The notes under the pieces are model-generated. The model did no database searches and had not been told where the DNA came from. It saw only the letters and a list, made by a program, of their open reading frames with translations. Position numbers and translations under genes: made by a program. A DNA stretch of 64,000 bases from Octopus sinensis. Lineage: Eukaryota. The stretch is taken from positions 54,622,001-54,686,000 of the forward strand of contig NC_043012.1 of assembly GCF_006345805.1 (NCBI RefSeq), given 5' to 3'. Below, piece after piece: positions 60,640-64,000 of this stretch (position 1 is its first letter; each line of letters opens with the position of its first letter).

Positions 60640-62890
60640 GTGAAAATCAAATCAAAACAAATCAAAATAGATGAACATCAGTGGAATTGTATTCTTTGTG
60701 GTACCAGTGCCGGTGGCACACAAGAAAACCACCCAAACGTGGCCGTAGCCAGTACCGCATCGACTGGCCTCCGTGCTGTGGGCACAACAAACACCATCCG
60801 ATCGTGGCCGTTCGCCAGCCTCATCTGGCACCTGTGTCGGTGGCACATAAAAACACCATCCGAAGACCCGCGACGTAGTCAGTCCACCTGTGCATACCTT
60901 CCCTCTTATGACACTTGTGAAGACCTGTTGAGGCAAGTGTGTGACACTTGTGAAGACCTGTTGAGGCAGAGGCAAGTGTGTGACACTTTGTGAAGACCTG
61001 TTGAGGCAGAGGCAAGTGTGTGACACTTGTGGAGACCTGTTGAGGCAAGTGTGTGACACTTGTGAAGACCTGTTGAGGCAAGTGAAAATCAAACCAAATC
61101 AAAATAGATGAACATCAATGGAATTTGTATCTTTGTGGTTCCAGTACCGGTGGCACACAAGAAAACCATCCGAACGTGGCCGTAGCCAGTACCGCATTGA
61201 CTGGCCTCCGTGCTGTGGGCACAACAAACACCATCTGATCGTGGCCGTTCGCCAGCCTCATCTGGCACCTGTGTCGGTGGCACATAAAAACACCATCCGA
61301 AGACCCGGCGACGTAGTCAGTCCACCTGTGCATACCTTCCCTCTTATGACACTTGTGAAGACCTGTTGAGGCAAGTGTGTGACACTTGTGAAGACCTGTT
61401 GAGGCAGAGGCAAGTGTGTGACACTTTGTGAAGACCTGTTGAGGCAGAGGCAAGTGTGTGACACTTGTGGAGACCTGTTGAGGCAAGTGTGTGACACGTG
61501 TGACACTTGTGAAGACCTGTTGAGGCAAGTGAAAATCAAATCAAATCAAAATAGATGAACATCAATGGAATTTGTATCTTTGTGGTTCCAGTACCGGTGG
61601 CACACAAGAAAACCATCCGAACGTGGCCGTAGCCAGTACCGCATCGGCTGGCCTCCGTGCTGTGGGCACAACAAACACCATCTGATCGTGGTCATTCGCC
61701 AGCCTCATCTGGCACCTGTGTCGGTGGCACATAAAAACACCATCCGAAGACCCGGCGACGTAGTCAGTCCACCTGTGCATACCTTCCTTCTTATGACACT
61801 TGTGAAGACCTGTTGAGGCAAGTGTGTGACACTTGTGTAGACCTGTTGAGGCAAGTGAAAATCAAATCAAATCAAACCAAATCAAAATAGATGAACATCA
61901 ATGGAATTTGTATCTTTGTAGTACCAGTACCGGCGGCACACAAGAAAACCATCCGAACGTGGCCGTAGCCAGTACCGCATCGACTGGCCTCTGTGATGTG
62001 GGCACATAACAAACACCATCCGATCGTGGCCGTTCGCCAGCCTCATCTGGCACCTGTGTCGGTGGCACATAAAAACACCAACCGAAGACCCGACAAGACT
62101 AGTCAGGCTATAACCCGTGGCCCCTACCTGGGACGTAGTCAGTCCACCTGTGCATACCTTCCTTCCTTCTTGTGACACTTGTGAAGACCTGTGAAGACCT
62201 GTTGAGGCAAGTGAAAATCAAATCAAATCAAATCAAAACAAATCAAAATAGATGAACATCAATGGAATTTGTATCTTTGTGGTACCAGTGCCGGTGGCAC
62301 ACAAGAAAACCATCCGAACGTGGCCGTAGCCAGTACCGCATCGACTGGCCTCCGTGCTGTGGGCACATAACAAACACCATCCGATCGTGGCCGTTCGCCA
62401 GCCTCATCTGGCACCTGTGTCGGTGGCACATAAAAACACCATCCGAAGACCCGGCAAGACTAGTCAGGCCATAACCCGTGGCCCCTACCTGGGACGTAGT
62501 CAGTCCACCTGTGCATACCTTCCTTCTTGTGACACTTGTGAAGACCTGTTGAGGCAAGTGAAAATCAAAACAAATCAAAATAGATGAACATCAATGGAAT
62601 TTGTATCTTTGTGGTACCAGTGCCGGTGGCACAGAAGAAAATCATCCGAACGTGGCCGTAGCCAGTACCGCATAGACTGGCCTCCGTGCTTTGGGGACGT
62701 AACAAACACCATCCGATCGTGGCTGTCCGCCAGCCTCATCTGGCACCTGTGTCGGTGGCACATAAAAACACCATCCGAGCGTGGCCGTCTGCCAGCCTCG
62801 TCTGGCACCTGTGTCGGTGGCACATAAAAAACACCATCCGAGCGTGGCCGTTCGCCAGCCTCGTCTGGCACCTGTGTCAGTGGCACATAA
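60640..62890 (+). repeat. Tandem array of six 3'UTR units within the RTE
   Basis: Units start gtgaaaatcaaa at 60640, 61082, 61529, 61855, 62211 and 62558, with nested (gtgtgacacttgtgaagacctgttgaggcaa)n and (tcaaa)n subrepeats. Confidence 0.95.
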
Positions 62891-63196
62891 AATCACCCAC
62901 TACACTCTCGGAGTGGTTGGCGTTAGGAAGGGCATCCAGCTGTAGAAACACTGCCAGATCTGACTGGCCTGGTGCAGCCTTCGGGCTCCCCAGACCCCAG
63001 TTGAACCGTCCAACCCATGCTAGCATGGAAAACGGACGCTAAATGATGATGATGATGATGATGTTTTCATTTGTCTTGCTCATTTTGGCGTTTTGCTGAG
63101 ATTTTTTTCTCAAGAACACATTCTTTGTTGTAATGGCGATTTGATGTCTATGTTTAGCATTTAGGGTGTCCACTTTAGTGGTCATTCCTCTTAATT

Positions 63197-63243
<47 letters not shown>

Positions 63244-64000
63244 TAGGAGTGGCTGCGTGGTAAGTAGCTTGCTAACCAGCCACATTGTACTGGGTTCAGT
63301 CCCACTGCGTGGCATCTTGGGCAAGTGTCTTCTTCTAGCCTCGGGCCGACCAAAGCCTTGTGAGTGGATTTGGTAGATGGAAACTGAAAGAAGCTTGTCG
63401 TATATATGTATATATATATGTATGTCTGTGTATATGTTTGTGTGTCCCTCTTGACAACCGATGCTGGTGTGTTTACGTCCCTGTCACTTAGCGGTTTGGC
63501 AAAAGAGACCGATAGAATAAGTACTGGGCTTACAAAGAATAAGTCCTGGGGTCGATTTGCTCGACTAAAGGCGGTGCTCCAGCATGGCCACAGTCAAATG
63601 ACTGAAACAAGTAAAAGAGTAAAGAGAGAGAGAGAGTATATGATAGAATATCATATATATTATATCATTGCTCTGGAAGTTGTTCAAGATTAAAGAGATA
63701 TTGTCATCAGTGCTGTTGTTGTTAATGTGGTAGTGATGGCAACGGTGGCAGTGGAAGTGTTGCAGTGGTAGTAGTTGTAGCAGTGCTAGTGGTAGCAGTG
63801 ACAATGACAACAATGGTGGTAGTGACAGCAGTGGAAGGTCAGGGTAAAAAAAATGCCAAATTAGAACAATGGATTGACAGAAATTTTAGGACACCACACT
63901 AGATGATTTACAGTACTTGTTCCTGCTTTTTATGTTCTGAGTTCTAATCCTGTCATTGCCCAGTTCAGCACCACCATCTAGCACCTCGGATACCATTAGT

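Larger units (their letters stand above)
57225..63063 (+). mobile_element. Near full-length RTE-clade LINE in a CCP intron (sense orientation)
   Basis: C-rich 5'UTR, APE endonuclease plus RT, expanded 3'UTR, common tail ending (GAT)n at 63063. No TSD identified, so the 5' boundary is approximate. Confidence 0.93.

Noticed and set aside
60620-60650. CTGTTGAGGCAAGTGAAA in the RTE 3'UTR subrepeat as a hammerhead core
   Set aside because: No stem II, stem III or NUH triplet.
60514-63042. Many overlapping 60-160 aa ORFs and a CRISPR-like repeat appearance
   Set aside because: Tandem 3'UTR units of a LINE with no unique spacers; eukaryotic context.

Overview
AT-rich, repeat-dense eukaryotic genomic DNA. 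The SINE/LINE landscape looks like a coleoid cephalopod, probably Octopus (inference). Two head-to-head genes, both invisible in the ORF track, can be spliced together by hand. (1) RPL39 on the minus strand has 3 coding exons (ATG at 8856-8858, 4175-4278, 1934-1982), encodes 51 aa, and has a TCT initiator and an AATAAA signal. Its first intron holds three copies of a box C/D snoRNA with the SNORD38/snR61-type guide, apparently separated by small non-coding or poison exons. (2) A cytosolic carboxypeptidase 2/3 gene (AGBL2-like tubulin deglutamylase) on the plus strand has ten phase-consistent coding exons between 28803 and 55364 and continues past the window. The introns contain two RTE LINEs (one near full length with a 6-unit 3'UTR array), CR1/L2, BovB-like, mariner, pogo, hAT, piggyBac and Helentron-like relics, and dozens of SINEs. 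The strongest hunt signal is a set of seven minimal type-I hammerhead ribozyme motifs (five clear, two variant) from distinct small Penelope-like element families. One is a 373-bp element combining a tRNA-type Pol III head, an (AAT)n spacer, a hammerhead, an inverted tail and an 11-bp target site duplication (TSD). All calls come from manual reading; no searches or folding programs were run, and repeat boundaries are approximate.
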